Source: Schmidtea nova
Taxonomy: Eukaryota
DNA length: 64,000 nucleotides
Direction: 5' to 3'
NCBI GenBank assembly: GCA_044892505.1
Contig: CM097882.1
Coordinates: forward strand, 338,768,001 to 338,832,000
Made by a program: the position numbers and the translations under genes. Each line of letters opens with the position of its first letter. Within the stretch, counting starts at the first letter, position 1. Below are positions 12,853-25,377 of this stretch, piece by piece. The notes beneath the pieces are model-generated. The model made no database searches. It was not told the origin of the DNA and saw nothing but the letters and a program-made list of their open reading frames with translations.

Positions 12853-15800
12853 CCAGCGCCGGTTCGAGATAATTATACGCCCCAGGCGAAAATTATAAAA
12901 AGCGCCCTATTTTAAAAATTAGGTACAAAAATTATGATAAAATAAAAAAGATTAACAAAAAACAATCTATTTATTACTTCATTTCATTTTTTTCGATTGA
13001 TTTACATATATATAAAAAAACAGAATTTATAAGAATGATTTTTTTCTGACTTTCATGTCTGCAAATTTTTCTATTGCTGCCTCCAAATTTAGGTTTGCTA
13101 CAACATTATTTTCAATTGAAATAATGGCCAAATTATTCAACCTATCTTCCGTCATTGTAGATCGCAAATACGTTTTTATTAGTTTTAATTTACTAAAACT
13201 TCTTTCACCACTCGCAACACTAACAGGAATTGTTACGAGGATTCGTAAAGCCACCCACAGATTTGGTACTGTACTTTTCAAATTATTATCATTGATAAAT
13301 TGTAAACATATTAAAGGATCTTTAACATCATCTGGTACCAATTGCTTCAATGATTCGATTTCCTCGCACAATTCTAATCCATTTATATCACTACTGGCCT
13401 CATTTGTTAATTTCAGATGTAAATCTTTGCAACTCTTCAGCAAATCACTACGATTTTTATTATTGTGAATATTGAACAAAAAACCCCACGAATCTTCGAA
13501 ATCTTTCATTTGCTGAAACCTTTCTGATATAGATATCAACGATTGATCCAGCATAACATTAAAAACATGATTTTTATAATATTTTTCTGGGTCATTTACA
13601 TCTAGAGTTTCATCGTCACACTATAACTAAATTGTTTTTTCGCCTTCTGATTCTTACAGCTTTAAATTGTGCGTTCACGTTTAATAGCGCAGCGAAATCT
13701 TTGGCCGATTTTAAAGCATCAGAAAAACCGGAGTCTCTATAATTTTCTAGAAAAATCTTACAATTCCGAAGAAGCTCGATGGCGGTACTCATATCAAATG
13801 TAGCTTTTTGCATGGATTTGCTGACAATATTAAATTTTGACAAAAGTACGTACCAGACAGATAATGTTAACAAAAACTCGAAATCTTCTATTTTTTCAGA
13901 TAAAGAGCTGGCTTCTGAAACAACTGCAGCATCTAATATTGTGTCTTCCAACTCATTTAATGCGTTTCTAATTTCACGTGATTTCAAACATTATTGCTTT
14001 AATGCATTCGATTCTACATTCCCACCTCGTTTCACTTAAAGGTTTATGATTTAATGATTTAATATGTTTTTTCAATATATTCCATCGTCCAACAGATGCA
14101 GCAAACAAAGTATAAATTCTTTGAACATATCCGAAAAAATTTATGCACATTATTGAAGAAGAAACACCATCACCAATTAGTAGGTTAATTGAGTGACAAC
14201 CGCAAGGCATAAAAAACGCTCTTGGATTTTCTTTTAAAATTCTAGCTTGCACTCCATTATTTTTACCTTTCATATTAGCGCTGTTATCATATCCTTGGCC
14301 TCTACAGTTTGTTAATTCCAAATTGAATTCTTCTAAACTTTCATAAATATTATCATATGATCCTTTTCCTGTAGAATCAAAAACTGGTTTAAAGGATACA
14401 AAATGCTCTTTAATTTCCATATCCTCAACATAATAAAATCTTAACGTTATGGAGAGCTGTTCGATATGGCTTATGTCAGGTGTGCAGTCTAAAATAATCG
14501 AAAAATATTTCGATTTACGGACAGAATCCAAAATATGACTTCTTGTCATATCACCAAGTGTACTTATTAATTCGTTTTGTATAGTTTTTCCCCAATAATG
14601 AACATGAATTTCTTGTGAGACCACCCTGCGCAAATGCTCATTTAATGTTAAATCAAATTTTCCTAGAAGTTCAACAAGGCCTAAAAAATTTCCATTATGC
14701 GGAACAAATAACTTATCACAAGAACCCCGAAATGCTAAATTATTTTTTGACAAAAATAATGTTATGTTTATTAATCTTTCTAGTACCTTTTTCCAATTAT
14801 ATTTTTCTTGGGCTATCAAAGACTGCAAATTCTTATCAATACTTTTATTGCCTTTTAATCTTAATCGAGTTTCTATCCAGTTTTTTTCACATTTTAAATG
14901 TGAAACTGACCGTTCGTGCATTTTCAAGCTGTCGTGAATATTTTTCCAATCCGATAAACCAGATTTGGCTAGATTTGACCTACCTGATGGATCAAAAAGT
15001 TTGCAAAATAAACAAAATACAGAATTTTTGGATTCTGAATAGTGCAACCATTTTCTTAGGAATTTTTAACCATTATTTATTTGAAAATAAAAAGGCGAAT
15101 TGGAAAAGCTTCGATTATTTTCATCTCTTGGATAAATATGTTGTTGATTACATCTTTCTTCGTTTCCATATAAGTCAGTTACAACTATATGGCCAATTTC
15201 CGTATGTTTAATATTTTGTGGCCATAGCCCAATATCATTACAATTTAAAATATTTTCAAATACAGAATGAGTTGAATCACTAGGAACAATTATTTCAGTT
15301 CCGTGAGAAGACATTAAATTATCCTCATTGATAATATTATAAGTTTCAGCTTCTGATGACACATTACCTAAATCGTCCTCTGAGCTTGAAGATGTTGACT
15401 CGAAATGTTGATTATCATCGGCTACTGATTTACTGGATATAAAATATTTCAATATTTTATCGTGCTTATCAGCTTGTTGTTGTCTATTTATTTTTCGTTT
15501 CCGATATTCATACCCACTCAATTTTTTTGGTGGCATCTTAGCTATTGCATAAATTTATATAAATATATTTTCCAATATATTTTTAAAAAATGATCTTAAT
15601 CTTACCTTACCTCTTATATATTTATATTTTTAAAACAGAATAGAAATACAAATTTAATTTGAACAAACTGCAACAACACATTAGTTACACACTTGAAACA
15701 AAAATTTTGTTAAAAAAAAACTGGTAGCTATAGCTGTTAATTTAACTCGCACATCAGTTTTTGTAATACATATAAATTTTTTTTATTTCAATACATATCA

Positions 15801-16063
15801 GAATTTCTCAGAATTGGGAATTCGTATATTTTGCATGTACTTTTTTTTTTGTTTTTTCTTATTTTCAAATTTTTTTAAAACGGTTGGTTTCATAGATAAA
15901 TTTCAAAATATAAAGTTTTGGAGGCTTATTTTATAATTTTCTTTGATTGTTTATAATAAATTTTGGCGCCCTCTAAAAAAAAGGCACCCTAGGCTAATTT
16001 TTAAAATAGAGCGCTTTTTATAATTTTCGCCTGGGGCGTATAATTATCTCGAACCGGCGCTGG
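12853..16063 (-). mobile_element. hAT (Tip100/ZMYM1-like) element A with disrupted full-length transposase and 70-bp inverted ends
   Basis: ORF pieces 15066-15536, 13974-15047, 13616-13987, 13027-13554 with FCLFC zinc finger, LAFRG..GNFLGL, ILDCTPD, GYDNSANM, CGCH, LSETRW, SGERSFSKL. 12853-12922 and 15994-16063 are inverted repeats at 69/70 identity. Confidence 0.9.
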
Positions 16064-18858
16064 CTAGAGCAGTAAGTCTTTCATGTGTCTTAGAGGCTCG
16101 GAGGTATGCTTTTATTAATTTCAACTTTGAAAAGCTTCTTTCACCAGTTGCCACACTGACTGGAATAGTGAACAAAACACGGATTGCAATAGCTGTGTTT
16201 GAAAAATGTTCCAATCAATAGTTTGATTTAAAAATATTCTCTAGCTACATGCAAGATATTGAAATTAATTCATCACATAATTCATATAAATCCACGTCGC
16301 AACTATTGCCACAAGTGAGTAGGATATGTAAGTCTTGACAGTTTTTCAATAACTATTCGCGTGATAATTTCTGTAATCCTTTAATGTTATACAAGAATGA
16401 AAAGTTCCCATTGTGCTCTTGCATTTGTCCAAAGCGTTCTGCAATCGAATTAATAGCCGTATCGACGATGACTTTAAAACTTTCAATCCAATAGCAAGTT
16501 TCAGGATCTTGAATTGGATCATCTCTCGATTCATAGTCAAATAAACTCTTCTTGCGACGAATTCTAATCTGTACCGCTGCTGGAAAAACTGCTTCAGCAT
16601 CTACACTTTCTGTAAGCTCTGTTGCTGTTATTTTTGCTTCTTCAAATCCTGGTTCTCTGTCGTTTTTTTTTAAAAATCTGTGGTTTCTTCCATAAGTCTT
16701 ACAACAGCGGATAGTTCTAATTTAGGATCCTGCATAAGCTTGCTGATTATGTATATTTGGTGAAGAATATCATACCATACAACCAACGAAAAGATAAACT
16801 TGAAGTCCTTCACAGCATTAGCTAGTGTAGCTGCCTCGTGTTGAGCTGCAGAGTCATTTTCTTTTTCTGACATTTCAAACAGAGCATCATAAACCTCACC
16901 TAGTTAATATCGTATTGGTACTATACTGTCAATTCTTGACTCCCAGCGGGTTTCAGACAATGGCTTGACAATAAGCCGAGAAACGTGTTGCTTCAGTACT
17001 TTCCAACGAGCTGTGGATGCAGAGAAAAAAAGTAAATCTTCTGAATTAAACCAAAAAAAAGAGGATGCATCATCTGTAGATTTTGCGGCATCGCCAACAA
17101 CAAGATTTAAACTATGGCAACCACAAAGAATAAAGAATGCAAGTGGGTTTTTATCAAGAATTCTTCGCTGGATGCCGGAATTTTCACCTTTCATCTTGGC
17201 TCCATTGTAACATCCTTGCCCTCTGCAGTTAATGATAGAAAGATTGCATTCTTGCAATTCTTTCAGAAGGGCATTGGTAAGACGCTGACCTTTTGAATCT
17301 TCGACTACAATAAAACTGACGAAATGCTCGCGTATAGAAACATTTCTATTAATATCTACAAAGCGTATTGTGATAGTCATCTGCTCTTTATGACTCTGAT
17401 CGGGAGTGTAATCAAGAATAATAGAGAAATATTTAGCCTGTCCAGCAGAATCTAAAATTGATTCTTTAACATTATCAGCCATTAGAGTAATTAATTCATT
17501 CTGAATTCTTTTTCTAAGATAATGGTCAGGGATTTCATCCGACGTGATTCGTCTTAATTGTTCTTGCAAAACTGGATCAAACTTTCCTATAAGTTATACC
17601 AAGGCAATAAAGTTACCATTGTATATCTGATTAACATTTTCTGATGAGCCCCGAAAAGCCAGGTTGTGATGAACTAAAAATTGAATGATTGAGAGAAACT
17701 TTTCAAAAACGTTTCGCCAGTGTACAGTTTCCGCATTTATTATCCTCTGATTTTGTTTGTCAATAATTAGACCTTCGTTTAACCTCATTTTCAATTCAGC
17801 CCCCTTGCTAACGCTCTCACAATGCTTTGGAGAGCACTCGTGACTCGATAAATGGCATGAAATACTTTTCCAGTCACTATACCCATCTTCTGTCAATGCA
17901 ATCTTGTTTTTGAAAACAACTTTCAAAATAAACAGTAGACGGCATCTATATTTTTGTAATAAACTAACAATGTTCTCACTTGAGTTTTCGTTTATAATAT
18001 GTGTCCTTAAAACAACGATTGTTTTGAGCTTCATTTTTAGGAAAGTCATACTCTGTGATTCTTACTGGGCCTTTCATTACAAGTGCTACTCGAGTGGCAT
18101 CATATATTACATTTGGCTAATTGGCTGGATTGTCAAAATCAAATCGATTTTCTTCCACGGCTTCTTCATTGTTTTCTGTACTTGAAGATGTATTTGAATC
18201 GGAATCAGAGGCAGATGGACTTATTAGTTCATCTTCAGGTACAATAAGGCCTACTTCTGTTTCATTTTGAGCAACTTCTTCACTATTAACATTGAGCGTG
18301 GCGGTTTCTGAATTGCTAGCTGATGACTGGCCAGACTGGGCTATAACATTAACATCTGGTATAGTTTTGTTTTCTCTAAATAACTGGAAAGCCATCCTGT
18401 TTGCTTTTTCATACTAAGTTCTGTTTGTCGCTTTTTCTGACGAGATTGAGCACCCGATAACTTCTGAAGTTTCATAGGGTTTGACATTATTTTTTAATAT
18501 TTAGAAATTAGATATAACTAAGAAAACTGATCAAAATTTAAAAGTACTATAGATTTTAAAGGATAGTTAACTCATTCCAATACCTTTTGTTTTGTTTTTT
18601 CAACTGATCACATATCAATACTGTCTGTATTTTGTTGCAAAATCATTTTCCTACAGTGTGAGTTTTCGTGTGTTTCTAGAAATACTAATCTAAGTGAACT
18701 GTGTGTTGCATAGATCACAACAAAATGGGTTTTCTCCAATGTAATGAATGTACTTCTATACTTAAACTGTTTGTTGCATAAAGATTGCCTACAACTGAAA
18801 TTAAATAGTTAATAACCTATTAATAATAACGCTCGCTAATCATCAATATAAATTATAA

Positions 18859-19086
18859 TTAATTAAATTTGAAACATTTTAAAAGTTTTGTAGATATTGT
18901 GGTATTTGCGTGATTGGCCTCCTCCATTGGTAATTGGATGACATTGGTTTTCGAGACATGTAAATACATTTGTTTGCCCCGCAGGAAACAGGCATCAAGA
19001 TTTCGAATTGCCGTCATAGCTTGTGGGTGAATTGTAAACAGCACCAAAGCCGCATTCTTTTTGTTAAACATAATTGTAACATCTGC
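18859..19086 (-). pseudogene. Polypyrimidine-tract-binding protein (PTB) RRM3-like fragment, in frame with the RPS5 fragment
   Basis: IMFNKKNAALV...QAMTAIRNL....LRGKQMYLHVSKTNVIQLPME resembles PTBP RRM3 (ILFNKKENALV...LHGKPIRITLSKHQNVQLPRE). Confidence 0.7.
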
Positions 19087-19395
19087 GTTAACCATCACTT
19101 GGATTGGATTATCTCAAGTCATCAAATAAATCAGTTCTAATGCATGTTTTATGATATTGTTTGCTTTGATCCTTTCCTCATTACTTCGACTTTGCAATAT
19201 TAGAGAGCATGTTAATCGCCCAACAATTGGACATTGTGCTTTTCTAAATCGTTTTGTTTGATAACGACCAGCAGACTGGGGAATTATTTTTGCATATTTT
19301 TCACTATAATTAATGTAATCCGTTAATGATAGATCGATAGTGTGAACATCATCAGTGCTCCATTCTATGAAAAGTTTGAAGTCAGATATATTCAT
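19087..19395 (-). pseudogene. RPS5: 40S ribosomal protein S5 (uS7) N-terminal fragment, intronless
   Basis: KLFIEWSTDDV..DLSLTDYI..EKYAK..PQSAGRYQTKRFRKAQCPIVGRL...IKHALELIYLMT*DNPIQVMVNA, with a Gly codon changed to TGA. Confidence 0.9.
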
Positions 19396-20035
19396 AGTTT
19401 AACTGGATTATAAAAAATAAATTCAACAACAAGAAAAGTATATTTAAAACAAATGTTTTTCTTTATATAAAGTGTTTTTAAACAATTTCTTTTCTTCTTT
19501 ATTTATATAATAAAATATATATTACAACCATGTATATATTTAATATATACTTAATATATACTTAATATATATTTAATTTATATTTAATATAAATATTATA
19601 TTTATTTATATATTAATTGTATCACCACATATATAACTTATTATGAGAATATTTTTACGTTCTGAATGATAAACATTTTATCTATTAAAAAGACGAAAAA
19701 GTGAATCTAATAAAAACACTTAGTTAAGGTAAAAGTGTCCTGTTAGAAATATTATAAGTTATAAGCAACAGTCTTAAAATTCTAAATTAATGAAAATGCA
19801 ACATAGAACACGTAATTGAAAAAAAGGTTAAAAAAGTGAAAAACACGAAACACACTTTTTTTGTTAAAATGGTGCCCCCAGATTTTGGCGCCCTAAGCAA
19901 CTGCCTACTTTGCCTGTGCCTAAGGCCGCTCCTGCTTCTGAATTCAAAATAAAATATATCACGTTTTCGTTGTGGAGCTAATGTATATCCGAATTATAAA
20001 TATGTATATATACAGAGCCTGATGTGTGCATGACA

Positions 20036-20513
20036 CGGTACCACGACATTTCGTCTATCACGATAACTCGTCTACCGATAATTTATGGTCTTACAACTTT
20101 TTAATATTATTTTTTCAGTGGGCTAAGTGTTTTATTAGTTCAGAAATTTAATTTTTTATGATTAACTATGAAATATGAATGTTTATTTTGCTGCCATTTC
20201 TTGTACAATGTTTCATTATTAGGTACATTTAAGAGAGTTGGTCGTTTTCTTTTTTTCGTAAAAATGTTTAGCCTTGAAAACACCATTAATTATTTTTCAA
20301 AAAATATATTTTCTTTTCAAAGATTATGAAAACTATCTGTACCTTTGACAATTAATATTTAATATTTAAAGCACTATTTAATACTACTAAAAATCTTAAC
20401 TGCCGGCAAATATCGTCAGACGAATTATCGGTAAACGAGTTATCGCGGAGACAAAATGTCGGCATGTAAAACGTTGTGGAGGAAAAGTCTTTAGACGAAT
20501 TGTCTTGACACCG
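20036..20513. mobile_element. Foldback-type MITE with ~15-nt periodic inverted subterminal repeats
   Basis: Both ends start CGGT followed by GACA(A/T)TTCGTC / GATAACTCGT units in inverted orientation. No clear TSD. Confidence 0.65.
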
Positions 20514-21090
20514 CAAGGCACAGGGCACCTGATGATTTGGGGCGCTTCCCCACCGTAAGAAATAAAAATAAATTATTTTGCTGTTACTTTTTTTCATGAA
20601 AATCATGAAAATATTGTAATAAATGTTTTTTCAATGTTTTATTGTTATTGTTTATTTTTTACTTATTTATGCAGTTACACATAAAATATTACATTTATAT
20701 TCAAGGTCATTCATTCTATATTTTAATAATCCCTGATTCATTTTTGTAGTGAGAAACAAGTTTTTCATAAGGGCCCTTCTCATCCATGGAGCGGTAATGC
20801 TAATATAATGTTGGTGCAGTTGAGTGGAGTGGAAATTTAAAGTGTGTCTAGGGAAATGATCTTAATACACCTTCATAAAATAAATTATCTCCGCTACGAT
20901 ACCCGCGAAATTCCGCTAGAATTATTCCACGTTGGAACTGTATCGTACGAAGTGTGAACAGGTGAGCAACCGGAGAGGCCACTACTCCTGATTTTCACAT
21001 ACGCAAGTTCCTAGTCAATAGAAGGCCTTACTATTCTCGGCTGGTCACTTTTTTGAGTTATTTTAATGTCCTCTTTAGCACCGGGACGAT

Positions 21091-22150
21091 TTATACAAAA
21101 ACACAATCCAAACGAAAAACACGAAACATATATTTAATATACAGAGACATTTCCTGGGTAAGGGTGGTGTCGGACAAGCCATTTAGCCAGTTGGCTTGAA
21201 TACCGAGGCGTTCCACAAAAACTCTGCGTGATCTTCTTCGCCTTGCTCCCATCCAGATTCTTTTCTCTGAGATCACTGTCGTTGATGGTTGTGGCGATGG
21301 TTGTTTATTTGGAATGTCTAATGATGGACCAGGCTCATTTCTCAGAACTAACTCGGGATAAGCCGTAACAGAGACCTGTTGAACCCATTTCTCGAAAGTG
21401 AGGGGCCGTATCTGGGCCCGTAGTTTTTGCACCACATGTTCCTGGGAAACCGATTTTAGACACATCTTTAATTCGAGTCGTACTGCGTTCAGTTTCAGCG
21501 TTTGCTCTGGCAGGGCTTGCTGTAAACGCTCCTTCTTCCGAAGTTGTTCCCGTATTTAAGAGGGCGAGAAATACGTTTGTTGGATTTGATTTGTCTCCTG
21601 GACTTGCATGGCCATTATTGACTTGAGAACTAGGTTCTCCAATCGTAAGCATTTAATCAGGTGGTGAAACTTGGTCTGCTTATTTTTGGTAGAATCCATG
21701 AATTATCCTGAAATTTATTACGAAAGTAATGAATCCCTCTCAGTGATGTCTGGTCTCGGTTAACCGGCACTATGTTCTCGGTACGGAGAAACTTTCTTAG
21801 TTAGGTATCGAGGAACTCCTTTAATCAGGGATATCCCTCATGTCTTGATAATACCCTGATATACTTAGGATTTACCCATTAAATTTCCCTCAAGTTCGAA
21901 CATGTCTCCCCACCCTCTCCACATTATCTCCTCTTTGGGATCGTGATTCCAGAAGCCAAATGGGGCCTTGTTCCCATTTCGTGTCGCCAAAGGTGCATTT
22001 GAAGTCCACTGACTGACGAATGTCATGTGGGAGGGGTTTTAGAGATCCCAATGCTTGCAGCTGCTCATGATATTTCTGGCACGATTGCTTTTGCGTTGAT
22101 TTCCTCAAAAGGGTTTGAGAGCTTAGCATTTGAAATGATTGATTATTCAT
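21091..22150 (-). mobile_element. Probable decayed LTR-retroelement segment with an unidentified ~203-codon ORF
   Basis: Higher GC than the flanks. 21890-22150 has weak integrase-like residues (SCQKY...LKPLP...VDF). Frame 21700-21091 is open except for one stop. Confidence 0.35.
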
Positions 22151-24537
22151 CTGTCACACAAAAGGTAGTGTTCTCATACTGACTGAAATGTGACGCGAAA
22201 GAATTAATATAGTTCATTTAGCGGTGGTGAGAGAAATGGGTGACAGTGATGGTGATTATCGTGCTCGTTGATTTGTAGAGTTAAAGTGAAAAATGACCCC
22301 GGGTGTGACAGTACGGCTTGAAGGTTGACAGATCGCTCCTCCTGTCGACATATACTAATTTATGTGATTTGTTTATCGGTGGCTGTTGTGAGTGAAGTCT
22401 TTCGAATTGGATTAATTTACATATTTGGCACTCGCGTACCAAGCAATGGTTTGCGTACGACCGAGCGGAATAGTTTATATAGGTTCAATAACTTATGTCC
22501 GACAGTTGTGTATAAATGACTAAGCGAATGCCTGCTCTATATGTAATAAATAAACGAAGGAATGACCACACGAATACATAATTGCCTTACTTACTACTGT
22601 TTATAAGTTTTATGTGATTTGACATTTACTCCCTCGTCTAAGAAAATTAGGTTCTCTCGGTATAATTGTCGATAAAATCTATGTAATCAACCTTTCACAC
22701 CATCATCATTGAAAATTAAGTGCCTTAGTTGCAATCCTGTGAATTTAACGCATTTGAAAAAGATCAAGTAACAATGGAGTTAATTCATTCTGAAATGTAT
22801 TGGATTGAATTAAACTGAACTGTGTCGAATTGAGTGTCCTATATACAACCCCTTCCCCATTTACCCGTTTAGCGCAAGTCACCGCATCGGCGTAATCCCC
22901 AAGGATCACGACTGAAAGGTCGGCAACACTGTGGTCAGAAACCAAAAAGGCTCATCCTCAGGGATTTTACTCCGGGATGAAATCAATGAGGGCTTACCCC
23001 GAATGAATCGAACAAAATATCAAAATAAGAATAATACTTTTTATTGCTTTACAAAATCTTCTCGTAACCAGTACAATGATAACAATTCTAAACACAATCT
23101 ACTTCATACTGATCTGACACTGGTATTTATACCAATGCTGTCGTCAGTTCAGCCAATTAAATTCGAGTTGTCGGCTGATATACAGAAGGTTATTTGTTTA
23201 TTTTAATTTGTTTATTGATGTTTATTTTAGATTTTCCGGTAGGTAAGTCGAGGTACAATTAATGAAATAATTAATTGTACTTTTATTTCTCGATTTTCTT
23301 CGTAATTTAATCTAGTTTTTATTTTAGATTCACCTCTATCCAAAATTCACAATCATTCGATGAATTTCTGGACAATAATAATTTGTTTTTTATTTTTTCC
23401 TTACTATTATGTTATTTATTTCAGGTTATTTTCTTTTCCATTTTAAGTTAATTATTTCTACTTTTATATTTTTAAAGTTATTTTTCTCATTAATTTTATT
23501 CTTTAGATTGGTATGTTCAGCCCAACAATAAAAACACATACCTCTTATAAAACGAAAATGAAATTTTAGAGGGTGTTTCTCTCAAAAACCAAAGATTTCG
23601 ATGAATTTCGAAACTAAATCTTTGAACATGCAGCTTGCACAAAAAACTAATTCAAAATTAGCATCAGTAACGTAAAAATATTGCTTAATTACAGCAAATA
23701 ACACCAAAAGTCTTCGTGGCAACATTAGTTTTGAATTAAGTTAAACAATTAACCCAAGATCACTATATCTGACTTAGCTGTATAGAAAGAAGTCCCCATA
23801 AACAAAGATTTTAATCCCAATTGAGAACACACTGAGTGGGATAGTTTTGATGAAAACCTCCGTGGAACTAACAGAAGAGTGACGTATCTTATTTCGCTGC
23901 CCTTTGAAAAACAAATACCGTCAGAAAAACTAATAATTGCTAGTTTCTATCAAAATTTACCGTCATCCGTTGAATTTTAATTTTCATCAAATAACAAAAA
24001 AATACTCCAGAAAAGTAATACAGTCCGCCCTCGATTTTAATCATTATTATTTAAAGATTTATAAAAATAAATTTATTTAAATGATGGATAAAGAAAGAAC
24101 AGTATTGAACAAAAGAAAATGATATGTAAAAGATATATTGAATATGGGAAAACACAGAATTAAATGGAATGTTGAATTAAGCAGGAGAACTATTGACGAT
24201 ATACTAAAGAGTGAAGATAAATGGGCAATTTCTAGGAATATAAATTTGAAATCTAATAAAAGATCAGAATTTTATGAGTTGGAAAATTGTTTATATGTTT
24301 GGTTTTGTAATGTTAGATCCCAGAATAAAATAATTACAGATAGTGTGGTGAACCCAACATTTGGGTATGTTGATTTTGTTTCACATGAGGCGTTTTACTT
24401 TTATTTTTTATTGTTATTATCATGGAGTTGGACCCCCCCCACTCCCTACATATTAAGGGCAAAGAAACATTTATTATTTTTATTATTTTTAAAATTTAAA
24501 AATAATTAAGCTTACTATAGTAATAAACTATAGTAAG

Positions 24538-25377
24538 TGTTGTGTATATGAAAGTTGGAAATTTTTATCTATTATTTGTATTTATTATTATTTTTATTTA
24601 TTATTTGTATTGAGTATGGTACTGTGCATACCGGAACCCCCCCTTTACGTTATGTAGGCGCTTTATGTTTGGGGTTATGTTTTTTATTATTATTATTATA
24701 GGAATTCAAATTTAAAATTTGAATTCTTCAGCTTACTATAGTAATAAACTATAGTAAGCTATGAAATCAGAAATTAAAAAATATTGATTGAAAATATATC
24801 AACGCCAAATAGCAAATAAACAGTATTATACCGAATTTAAGAAACTTTGAAGAATTAACAAATGAAGAAGAATTTGAAGATTTAACAAAAGAAAATTGAA
24901 AAGACGAAGACAATAAAGAAATTGGAAATTCAAGTCTCTCTTCTCACTAAATAATCAAATTGTCCTGACTAAATTGGTCTCTAATCTAACTGTCACTGCT
25001 CTCACAGAAGATAACTACATTATCATAACTAATATCGCCATTTCATCTAGAAGAGGATCTTAAGAAAATATTAGGAAACAATATACAACATTCGAAGATA
25101 ATAACAGTATCCAATTTACCACCACCAAAAAAAAACAAAGTAATTGATAGTAGTTTTTCATTTCATTTTAGTTAAATAAAATTTGTTAAATTAACCGAGT
25201 TACTCTGTTGTGATTTATATCTTGTGGTTATTTATATTTTGTTATTATTTCTGTAATTTCCTTACACAGCATAGACCCCGAGTGTCCCCACAATAATCGG
25301 ACTGACTCTCTTGGGCACTTCAATATATCCATAAACACACATTCACAACATAAGTAATAAAAAGAACGTACATAATA
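24538..25377 (+). mobile_element. Solo LTR of a related Gypsy family inserted in the 5' LTR of Gypsy 1
   Basis: Absent from the 3' LTR; TG start; 5-bp TSD GTAAG; collinear diverged similarity to the host LTR (GTCCCCACAAT, TTGGGCACTT, the same palindrome). Confidence 0.85.

Larger units (their letters stand above)
16064..19935 (-). mobile_element. hAT (Tip100-like) element B: disrupted transposase (~18487-16064, C-terminus truncated) with 5' terminus at ~19934
   Basis: ORF pieces with LAFRGSS, ILDYTPD, CGCHSLNL, LSETRWESR, IPVSVATGE.SFSKLKLIK. Terminal region GCAGGAGCGGCCTTAGG...GGGCGCCAAAA resembles the 5' subterminal region of element A. Confidence 0.85.

Noticed and set aside
14615-15211. 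198-aa plus-strand ORF and similar antisense ORFs (13055, 26771, 41378, 56016 etc.)
   Set aside because: Shadows of transposase, gag or pol coding on the opposite strand; no recognisable motifs.
17641-17660. CTGATGAgccccGAAA hammerhead-like core
   Set aside because: Antisense of the conserved hAT AFRGSSE codons; no real stem II and no UH/stem I.
20525-20570. CTGATGA...gggg/cccc...GAAA
   Set aside because: The stem is not adjacent to the core and there is no stem I or stem III pairing.
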